From the NCBI RefSeq assembly GCF_001194135.2, contig NC_068981.1, positions 97,842,139 through 97,905,260 of the forward strand: DNA of 63,122 nucleotides. The letters run 5' to 3'. Shown piece by piece: positions 36,240 to 49,269 of this stretch. The notes beneath the pieces were generated by a model. The model saw nothing but the letters and a program-made list of their open reading frames with translations. It was not told the origin of the DNA and ran no database searches. The DNA is from Octopus bimaculoides. Lineage: Eukaryota. Made by a program: the position numbers and the translations under genes. Each line of letters begins with the position of its first letter. Positions within the stretch are counted from its first letter, which is position 1.

Positions 36240-36830
36240 TGTGTGACGAGGTTGAGTTATGTGTGTGTACGATGATGTTGAAATTCTGTTGTATAATGTA
36301 TGGATGCATGGTGAGGTTCTTTTGTGAAATATGTGTGTGTATGTATTAGTGATCTGTTGTGTAATGTATGTATGTCTTTGTGTCTGCATGTGGTGAAGTT
36401 CTGTTGTGTAATGTGTTTGTGTGGTGAGATTCTGTTCTATGTGTGTATGGTAAGCTTGTGTTGTGTAGTGTGTGTTTGTGTGTATGTTTTGTGCATGTGT
36501 GCACACATGAGCATTTGTGTGTATAGGATCTGTTGTAATGTGCATGTGTGTGTGTGTGTAGTGATTTATTGTGTAACATGTGCCTTATGCTTGTGTGTCT
36601 GTGTGTGGTGAAATTCTGTTGTATAATTATGTGATGTGTGTATATGTGTATGGTGCACTGTTGTATAATGTGTGTGTATAGTTCACTGTTGTGTAGTGTG
36701 TGTGTGTTTGTGTGTGCATGTGAGTGTTGTGAGGTTTTGTTGTATAATGTATGTGTGTGCACATGTGAGAGTAGTACATTGTAATTTCTGTTGTATAATG
36801 TATGTGCAGTGTGATATGGTATAGGTGTTA
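36240..36830 (+). repeat. Degenerate GT-rich minisatellite (ttctgttgtataatgtatg-like)
   Basis: The ctgttgt(a/g)taat motif recurs many times. Confidence 0.8.
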
Positions 36831-37609
36831 CTCTCAATCTAGCAGATATGTAATCAAAGATGACAACCCAGCTATGACCATGCCATCTTATATTTCCAGT
36901 CAGAGTACAGATCCCAAACAACTACGTAACTCAATGTATCCTGTGTTGTTTTAAAACTGTAGCGTGTAATATGACGGAGATTTAGCTGCTATTTCTAGTA
37001 GGTCATGCAACCGATGTAGAGACTTCCCTCTAGATAGACTTAATCTTCAGGCTTTTAATGGTCTTGTGTTGTATATGCTTTCTCTTTTTTTCTTTTAAAG
37101 CCTCCCATTTGCTACCCCCATCTCCATTACTTTTCATACTTGTGTCACCTTTTGTTAATTAATTTTGTCTAGACTTCATTCAGAAGTATTACATATAGTC
37201 CCTTATTCTGCCAATTATCATGATACTCTTTCTTTTCAACACTAATTCCCTACCACACACACACACAACCAAAAACTTATCTATGTGTATTATATATAGA
37301 CATATAGTTAATTTATTGAAGTCAGACTTGCACTTAAAATTCCCACATTTTTAATCAAAATCTGCTAGTTACTATGGTGGCAACACTATCTTTCTCTCTC
37401 TCTCTCTCTCTCTCTCACACTCTATTTCTCACTCACCAACAACGTTTTCTCTCATCCTTCTTACCTCCAAAATATTCGTTGTGACTGGGGTTATCTCCCC
37501 TGTTGATGCCTCCCCTTCTTCCCTGTCTCTACATAGATGTTGTTACATACAGACAGATGAAGATCAGCCTCTTTTTTTATCATTTAAGATTATATTTGAA
37601 CTCAGAAAT

Positions 37610-37920
37610 GGAGAGGTTGCTAAAAAAGGCCAAACTTGCTATCTTCAATTCAGTTACATGCCTATCCTTACCTCTGGTCATGAATGTTGGGTAATGATGG
37701 AAAGGGGACGATCATGTATACAAGCAGCCAAAATGGGGCTCCTCTAAAGAACCTCTGGAGTAACATTACTTGATATGTAGCTCAGAAATCGGGGAGTTTC
37801 TCCAGGTGGAGTCACTATCTCTGTGCATTGGAAGATCACAGCTCTGGTACTACAGATATGTGGTTAGAATATAGCAGGAAAATTCACAAGCAAGCCAGAC
37901 CAACTTTTAGGAGACCTAGA
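37610..37920 (+). mobile_element. RTE/Rex3-like LINE ORF2 fragment
   Basis: KAKLAIFNS(fs)YMPILTSGHECWVMMERGRSCIQAAKMGLL*RTSGVTLLD. Confidence 0.78.
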
Positions 37921-38472
37921 GGTAGACAGAGAACAAGATAGGTGGATTGTATCTATATTCTCAGTTGGCCACACTTGGGAATCCAACCTGAGGCTATGGC
38001 GGAAGACACCTGTCCAAAGTGCCTTGCAGTAGGATAAAACCCAGAATTGTGATTGTGAAATGAAATTCTCAGCCACATTGCCACATCTGCATCACTTACA
38101 GCTTATTGTTGAGTAAATCTGGTTGGTTATAAATTAACCTATGTCCCTAATAACTTGTATAATTCTAACATGACACCACAATCACATCTAGCATTCTGGA
38201 TATAAACAGTATCATGTCTGATGTGTCAATGTGATTAGGTCTTGTAGCTTTTCTCATAGAGCCCTACTGTGTAGGTGCCTGAGGATTCTACATCCCCACA
38301 ACCTTCCTTGGAATAATGGGCAACAAAAATGGATACGTGGATCATGGACCTCATAGTAAATTTGTAATTAATAAATACACTTGAATGGTGAGTTTATATG
38401 GTTTACACATACACACACACACACACACACATATATATATCATGCTTGTGTTTCTGGATTTTAAAAATATTT

Positions 38473-38850
38473 CTATGTGGTAAAAAGCTTGCTTTCCAAC
38501 CACATGGTTCTGGGTTCAATCCAATTGCGTGGCACCTTGTACTATAGTCTCAGGCCAACAAAAGGTTTGTGAGTGAATTTGGTAGACAAACTGAAAGGAG
38601 CCTGTCGTGTGTGTGTGTGTGTGCGCGCGCGTGCCTGCCTTTGTTTGTCCTCCCATCACTGCTTCATGACCAGTGCTAGTGTGTTTACATCCCCATAACT
38701 TAGTTGTTTGGCAAAAGAGACTGATAGAATAAGTACTAGGCTTACAAAAATTAAGTCTTGAGGTCGATTATTCAACTAAAATCCTTCGTGGCAATGCTCC
38801 TACATGGCCACAGTCAAATGACTGAAACAAGTAAAAGAATAAAGGAATAA
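38473..38850 (+). mobile_element. SINE family A, diverged
   Basis: Head, (GT)n(GC)n linker, tail. Confidence 0.85.
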
Positions 38851-39300
38851 TTAACAGCAGAAAATGTATTTCATTTACATTTAGAAAATATTTAGTTTGT
38901 TAGTTATTCTTTAAGATTATATTGTTTCAGTTCTTGGACTGTGGTCATACTGGGACACTACCTTCAGAAGTTTTTGTTGGTTTAATTGTCTGCTACTTAT
39001 TTTATTGGCCTCGGGAGAAGAAGGACGGGCAAATATGTTGTATGGCTTTCTTTCACATGCAGTCTGAGGTTGAAGACTATTTTCTTGTTCTGTGCATTGG
39101 TTGTGTGTTTGTATTTTTGATGGAAACAAGATTATCATGTCCTCATTGGAGAATATATAGGAGATTTCTGTTCATGGTAGTATTGCCGGTTTGATGTGAG
39201 ATATCTAGGTTAAATGTGATTGACATCTGTATGGGGAAGGGTAGGAGAAAGGAAAGAATGGTATCACCTATATAAGAATTAGGTTTGCTTGAGGTGATGG

Positions 39301-40230
39301 CATCATCATCATCATTGTTCAGCCTCTGCTATCCATGTTGGCATGGGTTGGACAGTTTGACAGGAGCCGACCAGACAGAAGACTACACCAGACTTCTGTG
39401 TCTGTTTTGATAGGGTTTTTCAGCTAGATGCCCTTCCTAACACCAACCACCCAGTAGAGTGGACTGAGTGCTTTTTATGTGGCACAAGCACAGGCGAGGT
39501 CAGTTCTGGTATGGTTTTTACAGCTGGATGTCCTTCCAAACGTCACCCACTTTACAGTGTGGACTGGATACTTTTTACGTGGCACCAACACTGGCACATA
39601 ACTTGGGTCACCAAGTAACTTGCAAGACAAAGATCCTTTGAGAGGGGATGGGGAATTGGAGGAGGTTATCACATGCCAGATGATGAAAGGTTAGAATGTG
39701 ACAGAGGCATAGAAACAGGTGTCTTGCTGGAAGGCGACGAGTTGGCAGAAGCATTAGCACGCCGGGCAAAATGCTTAGCACTGTTTTGTCTGTCTTCATG
39801 TTCTGGGTTCAAATTCTGCCAAGGTCAACTTTGCCTTTCATCCTCTCGGGGTTGATAAATTAAGTACCAGTTATGCACTGGGGTCGATGTCATCGATTTA
39901 ATCCCTTTGTCTGTCCTTGTTTGTCCTCTCTATGTTTAGCCCCTTGTGGGCAATAAAAAAAGAAAGAAGAAACAGGTGTCTTGCTGGAGAGAAGGTACAT
40001 GGTTACCCAGCCAGAGAGAGAGAGGGTAATCAAGAATGTGGACAAAAACAGGTATGCTGCTGTCATTAATGTTGGTAAGAAGTGTAAGCATGGAGCTATG
40101 GAGCACACTAGAGTTGATGTAGCATATGTTAAAAGAGAACTCTCTGTGTGCTATAATAGTGTGATCAGACAAGAGGCTTCTGACCCAAGAGATAAAAGTC
40201 TGTTGGAAGCCATAGATTAGTCAAATCAAC
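39301..40230 (-). mobile_element. RTE-tailed retroposon, interrupted by a family D SINE
   Basis: (GAT)n tail at 39301-39315, duplicated ggatgcccttcc module; 5' limit approximate. Confidence 0.65.
39732..39967 (+). mobile_element. SINE family D variant with (AAGA)n tail and 21-bp TSD
   Basis: agaaacaggtgtcttgctgga at 39711-39731 and 39968-39988, identical. Confidence 0.92.
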
Positions 40231-43102
40231 CTGAGGTTATGGCAGAAGACACCTGTCCAAGGTGCCCTGCAGCAGGATAAAACCCAGAATTGTGATTGTG
40301 AAATGAAATTCTCAGCTACATTGCCATGTCTGCATCACTTATAACTTATTGTTGAGTAGATCTGGCCAGTTATAAGTTGACCTATGTCCCTGAAATAACC
40401 TGTATAATTCTAACACAACAACACAATTACATCCAGCACTCTGGATATGAACAGTGTCTGATGTGTCAGTGTGATTAGGTCTTGTAGCCATTTGTGCATA
40501 AGTTTAAAATGTGCCTGATGTGGGTGATGTAATGTTTGATACGTGTAAACATTTCACAAATGTAACCTTTGAAGTGTGTAAAATTTGTCAGGTACACAGT
40601 TTTACTTCTGTAATATTTGACAAAGATAATGCTAATGGTTCTGTTGATGTTAGCATGAGCGAGACAGGCAGACAGACAGAGAAAGAAAGATAAAAGTCTA
40701 CTATTATATAAAATTCCACTTCAGTCATTCCAAATGTGACATCCTCCCCCAAAATATTGAATATCATTCATGTCGAAATTTCCAGTAAAGTAAAATGTAA
40801 TGGCAGGTGTCTTGCATTCTCCACAGGGGAAGTCGTCAAGAAGCATACATGTGTGTGTGATAGTAAAGTGTGTGATATTTATGAAAAACGTTTCTTTTTA
40901 TTGGAATTATTTTGGATAATTTCAAGCCAAGAAACTTTAACTGAAGCTTTGATCTCTCCTGTAACTAGACATAATGGAAACAACAAGAGGGAGAATCAAC
41001 AACTGTCTGTTATTTTCACACAAAATAACTCTTGTCTCAAGTTCTTTCTGCTTTTATCTAATTATCATACTTCACTTATATAACAAAATAAAGGGTGCCA
41101 ATCCTAACTGAAATAATGGAACTTGCTAAGGAGACTTGAGCTTTTCAAATGGGTAATAATAGATAAAAATAAATAAAGAAAAGTAGTTTTAAAGTTCTGT
41201 AAAAAAAAAAAAAAAAGAAAACAGTCTTCTTTTAGACTTCTGGTAAGAAATACAAAAGTGGATTAAAAGAATAGATGATGATAATGAAAGGAGAAAACTG
41301 TTGCAAAGAAACAATTATGACAACTTTGACAATGGTAATTCAGCGTTCCATGTTGACACCTTGTATCAACCACAAACTATGTTCAGACTTTTGAAAGCAA
41401 CTTCTGATGAATAGCTTTGGCACATTTGCAGTGTAAAGAATAACTTCTTGGAATTGTCAATTTTCATGCTGATTCTTATCTCATGGACTGTTTATTCTTG
41501 CACTACTCCCACCCCTCCAGGGCAGGTTGTCTGACATAGGAAAGAGCTCAGCACAGATCCATATTTACACAGTTCAAACAATACTTTCTCTCTTTCTCTC
41601 TCTCTCTCTGTAACAAGGCCTGTCCACAAGATCTATTGTTTTTTTTTTGTGTGTGTTTTGTCTATTGAGGATAGCACCACCACCACCATCACAATCTCCA
41701 CCTCTATTCCTTTCATCAACTTTTAAACATATTTCCTGCCATTCCTCTCTATGACCATAGCCGCCTCAAACTGTCTCCATGTCACCATGCTCTCTATCTC
41801 TATCAGTTACATTTCTTTCTTCATAAACCATCTTAGTCATCTTCAACTTTTTCCACTACCATCTGCGGCTTTCACTGATTGGTTTTTCTGCAGCCTGGAA
41901 AGATTGTTCAGTTTCAAGATGTTAGTTATTATCACAAAATTACTGCAGATCAGACCAAAATATTCTGGAAACGTTGCCAATTCTACAACAGTAGTAGAAT
42001 ATTGTGGAGATATTGCCTGTTTTGCTCCATAGTATTTAAATAGGGTACCATTATGCTTAAAACTTTAACATTTTAAAATTGCTTCATATATGTCTTTACC
42101 TATTTTGGCTAAAACAAACATACATGTATACATGTGCATGATTATAAACCTAAGTGTGTGTATACATGTATGTATGTAAATATCTTTATATATCTTTGTG
42201 TGTGTGTGTGTGTGAGGTGAGTAAACTGAATATCTATTTCCTCTTGAGAAATTCAATTTAACTTGGTGCACCCTTGTGTCTTGCTTGGAGCAGTTGACCT
42301 GGAAATGAAATAACAGAAACTTGAAGTCATATTAAGTTTTTTTAAACTTAAAATGTTCACATGTGTAAGCATACATACATAGATACATACATACATACAG
42401 ACAGACCGACAGACACCATGTGCAGTCTGATTTTTAGAATAGGTACACTATCCCTGTGTGTTGCAAGAGGTAACTAAAAGTTTGATATCATGAAAAGCAT
42501 CTGGCCATAAAACAGTGCTTCAAAAATTCCCATCCAACCCATGCTAACATGGAAAAGTGTAAGTAAAAAAAAAACTTGATGATATCATCACCATCACCTT
42601 TTACAGTTGCTTTCCATGCTGGCATGGGTTGGATGATCATGACAGTTTGAATAATCTATTATTGGGAATCACTGCTCCTATACACTAGTGTTTGTTATGT
42701 GTCATTCATTTTCGTTTCTATGTCTGAATGCACTTCCTAGTACAAACCACTTTAAAGAGTAATACTAGATGCATTTTTTTCATGGCACAGCACTTGAAAG
42801 ATTGAAAAGTCCTCGGTGAGGCAGGACTATAAGAACCTCACAGTCCTATGCTTTCTCTGTTCATTTGACAACCACATGTATACAGAGCATATTTCTCATG
42901 GCACCAGTACAGGTAGAGGAGGAAAGTTACCTTGTACACAGAGAATATAGAGCATAGTCAATAATCTGTGTAAACCAATGAAGAAGGACACAGAGAGAGG
43001 GGGATGTAGGGAGAGAGTGAAAGAGGGAGAGAGTAATAACAGCCTCACAGTCAGAATAGGGTGAGGAAAATATGAGTGTTAGTGTAGAGAATACTTAAAA
43101 AT

Positions 43103-44523
43103 TTAAGGGTTACTTACATAAAAGCCAATATAAATACTAAGATCAGGAGGGTGGAACGCTTTAAGAAAGGGATAATAAAGTAATTACTAAAATCATTTTA
43201 AATAATATTGCCATATTGTATAAAGTTAAAATTTAGGGTTATTTAGATTATTAAGAATAATATTATAACAAAAAGATGAAATTTCTTTGAGTACTTTTGA
43301 GTATATGCCAAATTTTACCACATTAGAGGGAGGAAAAGAAACTACATAGAAATAGTTTAATATTTATATATAATATATACTTAAATATTAACTTATTAGA
43401 TGGTATCTATGGAGATTGATCAGTTGGCATTTACTGGTATTTAATAAAGGAGCACTGAGGTGAAAAAACATGTTGAACTATATATTAATTAAATTATAGT
43501 CTAAGCAGTTTATTTTAAGTTGTGAAGATACCGGTATTGTTTTATATAAGCTAAAAATAGAATTTGTAGGGGTACAAAAATTAGGTCTATTTCATAAAGA
43601 AATTTTATCCTTTTTTGTTATAATATTCTTCTTAATAATCTTCTTGTTAACCCTAAATTTTAACTTTATACAATATGGCAATATTGTTTAAAATGGTTTT
43701 AGTAATTACTTTATTTATCCCTTTCTTGAAGTGTTCCACCCTCCTGATCATAGTATTTCTAAGGGCCTTTATTTAAGTACCCCTAAGAAACTATATCATG
43801 TATGGATTAACACTAATAACTTTTAAAACCTATAATATACCTCTTAGTTTATAATTAGTATATAATTAGAATGTCCTATAACATCAATATTCCTTTAGCT
43901 AATACCAGGTATCAGTCTTTATTGATACAAGCTAAATAAGTAAATAAACAATTTTTAGTTTAAAATACTTAAATTATTATACATTTTCTATAAATCTTCT
44001 CTATTGATGTTAATGAAGTATATATACTTTATCATGGTTTTAGTGATTTAGCTATTTTATTCTTTTTCTGTGGTGTTCTGCTCTACCTAATCATTTTATT
44101 ATTTTATAATAGCCTTTATTTATGAAATAAACCTAATTTTTTGTACCCCTATAAATTCATACTTAGCTTATATAAAACAAGACCGCTATCTTCACAACTT
44201 AAAATAAACTGCTTAGATTATAATTTAATTAATATACAGTTAGCATGTTCTTTTGCCTCAGTACTCCTTTATTAAATACCAGTAAATACCAATGATCAAT
44301 CTTCACAGATACCATCTAATAAGTTAGCATTTAAGTATATGATATATATAAATATTAAACTATTTCTATGTAATTTCTTTTCCTCCCTCTATTGTGGTAA
44401 AATTTGGTGTATACTCAAAAGTATTCAAAAAAATTTTATCCTTTTGTTATAATATAATTCTTAATAATCTTCTGAATAACACTAAATTTTAACTTTATAC
44501 AATATGGCAATATTGTTTAAAAT
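43103..44523. repeat. Unclassified AT-rich block: inverted partial copy plus 831-bp permuted tandem unit
   Basis: 43195-43598 is the reverse complement of 44119-44523; 43103-43288 is the reverse complement of 43596-43790; aattttatcc recurs at 43601 and 44432. Confidence 0.9.
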
Positions 44524-45121
44524 ATTTAACTATAGTGCCCCATGATAAAATTTCCCCTGTATCATTATCAATGGTCGACTAGTGGCTTGCCCCTTTAATT
44601 GTCAGCTAACATCTTGATTTAAGATTTCCTTTACCAAATCTCATTATATTGCTTCAAATTAATCTTGATACTTTAATGACTATACCCACTATGATTTCTA
44701 TCGACTCCCTCAGCCCCCTTCCTAACAGACACTGCTCGTTGTTCTTTAGCCTTAGATTTTGATGTACAAAGATTTAATAAACAAGACTATAAATTAAAAC
44801 TGACCCCAGAAAACAGTAACAAGCTAGATCTCTAACAAGTCTTTCTTCCTGATACCTTAGTAGCTTCTAAGCTGAAGTGAAAACAGCATGCTCTTTGTCT
44901 GTCTCCTTACCTTCTTGGAGGGTTTAGGTAAAATTATACTAATGTGTCCATCTGCTTTAATTTAATTCAATTCTATGTCTTTATGCAGCTGAGGATTGCT
45001 CTGTTAAATTGATGTAGTGGTTACATTGTTCAATTAAATGGAGTTGCTTGAAACGATCATATTGCATTACTTCTGGATATACTTGTTGCTTATTTTGGTT
45101 TTATATATATGTATGTGTGTG

Positions 45122-45196
<75 letters not shown>

Positions 45197-45211
45197 ATAT
45201 ATATATGTGTA

Positions 45212-45266
<55 letters not shown>

Positions 45267-45990
45267 GTTTGTGTATATAGATGTGTGTATGTTTGTAAAC
45301 CAAGTGATTAGGTGATGAATTAAGTCTACCATCCATGTAGGTTATAGCAGGATTTGAACTCAGAATGCAAAGAGTTAGAACAAATACTGCAAGGTATCCT
45401 AATTGTTTCTACCTGTCTACTCCCTTAGACATCATTTATCAACCCCACAAGAATGAAAGGCAAAATTGATGTTGCTCTTCTTCAAAGCAGCATTTAATTG
45501 GTCTTGGAACAACTTTGGTCCTTCAGCCAGGTGTTGATGTGGCTGTAGAGGATTTTACTGGTGAGACATGAGTCAGATATGTGAACTATATTCCATGTGT
45601 AGTGTGAATTTAATGTTACTGGTGTTGGTTTATTGAGTATTTCTATGTTACCAGATAACTAAAAGGACCTTCTGGTGATACAGGATGTTTAAGGCTTTGT
45701 GATTCAGCTATATGCGCTCCATGTCCATTATTGATACAAGAGAATGGAAACACAGACTGTTTGGTTGGAAGGGGATTCAGTGTAGCAGCAAAATGAATTA
45801 CTTATAAATATTCTTTCAGATCCTTCTGAAAAATACAGAGGTCTGGCTAATGTGGTTTAATGTCTGTTTGCAAGAAGTTATTATAATATATTATGATAGC
45901 CTACTGGCTTGCCAGTCCTCAATCAAACCGTCGAACCCATGCCAGCATGGAAAGCGGATGTTAAACAATGATGATGATGATGATAATACT

Positions 45991-46310
45991 TATGCATGGC
46001 TTACTTGTTAGGGGTATCCAGCTTACAATCATAAGGTCATGAGTTCAATTCCCAGCAGCACCTGTCCTTGAGCGAGACACTTTATTTCATGTTGCTCTAG
46101 TTCACTCAGCTGACAAAAAATGAGTTTTACCTGTGTAATTCAAAGAGCCAGCCTTGTTACATTCTATGTCACACCAAATCTTCCTGAGAACTACATTAAA
46201 AATATGCATGTCTTTGTAGTGCTCAGCCACTTGCACATTAATTTCACAAACAAGCTGTTCCATTGTTTTGATCAACTGGAAAATTCGTTGACATAACTGA
46301 CAGAGTGTCA
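45991..46310 (+). mobile_element. SINE family C
   Basis: Same modules as 25261-25590. Confidence 0.82.
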
Positions 46311-46760
46311 GGTTACAATATTTACTGAGAAACATCATGCCCAAGTGTAGAGTTTGAATATAGTTTGTACATAATGTAGTATTGTTGGTGAGGAAATGAT
46401 TAAGCTGAAGGACTATTGTCTCATTTTCACAGCAGAGTGGTTAGAATCGGGGCAAAGACATCCAGGCATAATACCAATCCCCCATTTATGTTAAATCTGA
46501 GTTAACAATACCAGGAGAGGTAGAGCATTGTGATGCCGCAAGAGCAGTTTGGCATTAAAGATATCAGTCAGTGAATGGGGAATGACTGCTCTGATGTGGA
46601 TATATGTATGTAAGTGATAAATGTTGTGTGAAAAGTGCTCTCAATGACAGATATTTAATGAAGGAAACAATACAGAAATAATTGTTAAGATAAATCTCAA
46701 GACATTAATCTTCATGTATGAGATGAGGAAATATTAATGAATTTAATGAATAACAATATA

Positions 46761-46974
46761 CAAGAGGGTGCTGAAAAGTTCCTGGCTTTGGGTAAGTAAA
46801 AAATACAGGAGGATCAGTTAATTATGATTTTATTCAACATATTCCTCTCTCAGATTCACACACTTATTGCAGTGGTCCTTCAGTTTTTCTGATCCCTATG
46901 AAAAAATTTGGAAGGTTGAACTTCCAACCATGCCTTTTGTGACACCCTAGCCAGGAACTTTTCAGCACCCTCAG
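46761..46974. mobile_element. mariner-type MITE
   Basis: Perfect 24-bp inverted repeat gagggtgctgaaaagttcctggct (46764-46787) / agccaggaacttttcagcaccctc (46949-46972), with TA just outside each end. Confidence 0.85.
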
Positions 46975-46990
46975 TAAGTACCCCATGTGT

Positions 46991-47191
46991 GGTAAGTTTA
47001 CTGTCATCAATTCACCACAGGGAAAGTTCATCATCATCAATTCACCATTTTTTTTTTTTTTTTCTTCAATAAAAATGTTTTTAACTATTAATGGTGAGAT
47101 ACTTTGGGTATACTTTTTTGGTAAACTTTCCTCATGGTGAATTGATGGTGGTGAACTTTCCCTGCGGTGAATTGATGGCGGTGAACTTACC
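46991..47191. mobile_element. Fold-back MITE with 58-bp arms built from internal subrepeats
   Basis: Arms 46991-47048 and 47134-47191 are reverse complements; each carries two catcaattcacc units. Confidence 0.75.
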
Positions 47192-49269
47192 TGTGATTGT
47201 CCAACATACCCATGGAAGTGGAGAAAAGAAAAAATGTTACAATTTTGATAAGGTTAACCACTTTGAATAGTTGCTATGAGCCAGAGAAGTTTCTGTATAA
47301 TCACTTGACCTGCTCAATGTAACAGCCAGGTCTCCCTTAAAAAAACTGTCTTCCTTCTTTAAAATAGGTGAAATAAATATCAAAGATGTTTTGCTCCGTG
47401 CAGAAACTGCAGGAGCTACTCAGAAATATTGCAAGCTCTTCTGAATCTATTCAATGTCAGAAACCCTTCTGTATCATCAGCAGGGATCTCAGAGTCACAT
47501 GCATTTTTACCCCTTAGCTTGTATGATTCCCTGAATTAGGCAGCAAGGATTGAATTAATCTTCACCTGCAGAAGGGTTCTACCTGCAATCTTAAGGGAGT
47601 GTGACCACAATAAAAATAGGATGATCTTTGCTTGGACATTAACTTTACTGGAGTGTCTGGTGACTTCTTATAGTATTCAACCAATCTCTTCTTACCATGG
47701 AATCAGTTCATCTCTATCTGATTGAAGATAATAACTTCAATGAGGTACAATTAGCATAATTACTATTAATATCACAACCAATTTTGCTGTCATTAACACA
47801 TCTTTTACTGTTGCTCGTACTACTACTACTACAACTCTTACTACCACATCTGTGACTACCACTATCACCATTACCTTTACTTATCTGCCAATACATTCAC
47901 TATTACAATGATAGTTTTTCATTTGAACCCCATTGAATTTAGATTAAATCCACTTTAACCAATAAAATATAATATAATCACCTTATTATATAACATTATT
48001 TATCATTGATAAATATCACCTTTTAAAAATTGTCTTAGCCTCATCATGTTCTTATCACATCTCTCTTTCTCCTCTTTTCCTCTCTACCTAAAAAAAGAAA
48101 TATTATGCAAGTCTTTGTTTTTCTTGCTTACCAAGGTCAATGAGATCATGGCTACATGTACATCTATTATTTTGTCTGTGCTAAACGCTAAATAACAAAC
48201 AGCAAGCTCCTTTAATCAACTCTTTCTGGGAAAGATGGCTGAAAGATTTCCAAGCAGCAACTGTGAAAATTACATGCTACAACTGTTTTAATTCTCTCCT
48301 CTTTCGTCAAAAACCAACACTCCACAGATATTTTCCTCTCATCCCAAAATTTTCACACCTATCAGAGACAATTTTTTCTTTTTTTACCTTTTCTTTTTGC
48401 TTGTTTTCAACTATTTGGCTTGTCTTTCTCATAGATGGTGTTCCATTTTTGCTAATCTCTTCTGTGGACCTATGTGAGAAGATCCACTGCTATGTCATAT
48501 CAGCCGCAAGTAAAAACCCAGCTGGTTAATTCAACACAACTTTCTTTTTATTTTTACTCATTCTTCTATTTCTGCTTTCCCCCTATTTACACTCCATAAT
48601 GGTGTGTGCTTATATATTTTTTCTTTTCTGTGTGGTGGGAGATGCTTGTCTACATAAGGTTTTTTTTGTATTATTTTATCTACATATTTATTCATTTATT
48701 CCCCGTTTTTTACTCCTTTTCTTATCTTTCTTTCTCCTCGTAGATATTTCAATTGTCTACTGCTTTTTGCAAAGTTGACTTCGTTGACTTGATTCATAGA
48801 GTTGGCTAAAGCTATTTTGAACCTAATTTCAACTTGCTTCAGCCCAATGGAAGAACTTCATGTTAAGATCTATCACACATTTAATTTTCATTCTTTCTAC
48901 AGTTCTTTCTGGATAGCCAATCTGCTTATTTCAGTGTATTATAGAAATTTTTCAGCGCAGTCCTTGAATTTGTAGTGTCAATCACACTTCATGTGTGTAG
49001 TACCTAGATTCCAAAGAGTCTTGTCTTTTCATGCTCTTTCTGGACCTGCACCTGTGAATAAATACACTATGCTACAATTGTTGTGTGAATAAAAACCTTT
49101 CCACTTTTGAGAGGAAAAGAAAGAAAAATGAAAAAAAAAAGGAACAAAACAATTTTGTTATGGTTTTCTCCCTTATATGAAAGATAGACGAGCCAATAAT
49201 TAAACTGCTTACATGTTTACATATACAAATATATAGACGGGCCTAGGCATGATGTAGGCACAGATATAG

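Larger units (their letters stand above)
37984..40488 (+). repeat. Local direct duplication: 37984-38248 and 40227-40488
   Basis: About 265 bp, roughly 85% identical by eye; a SINE-head fragment plus non-repetitive flank. Confidence 0.85.

Noticed and set aside
40880-40960. Minus-strand acceptor followed by GEIKASVKVSWLEIIQNNSNKKKRFS*; similar cases near 42260-42300, 48130-48270, 48355-48436, 48970-49040 and 52210-52274
   Set aside because: ORFs of 15-30 codons after an AG are expected by chance in AT-rich introns; no homology and no consistent phase chain.
41400-41475. C/D snoRNA-like TGATGA...CTGA spacing
   Set aside because: No terminal stem and no recognisable rRNA guide.
43103-44523. 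Mitochondrial insertion or Tc1 transposase (YPYK, FHL motifs)
   Set aside because: No recognisable mitochondrial gene or rRNA, and motif spacing does not fit a DDE core. Kept as unclassified; only a BLAST search can exclude these.
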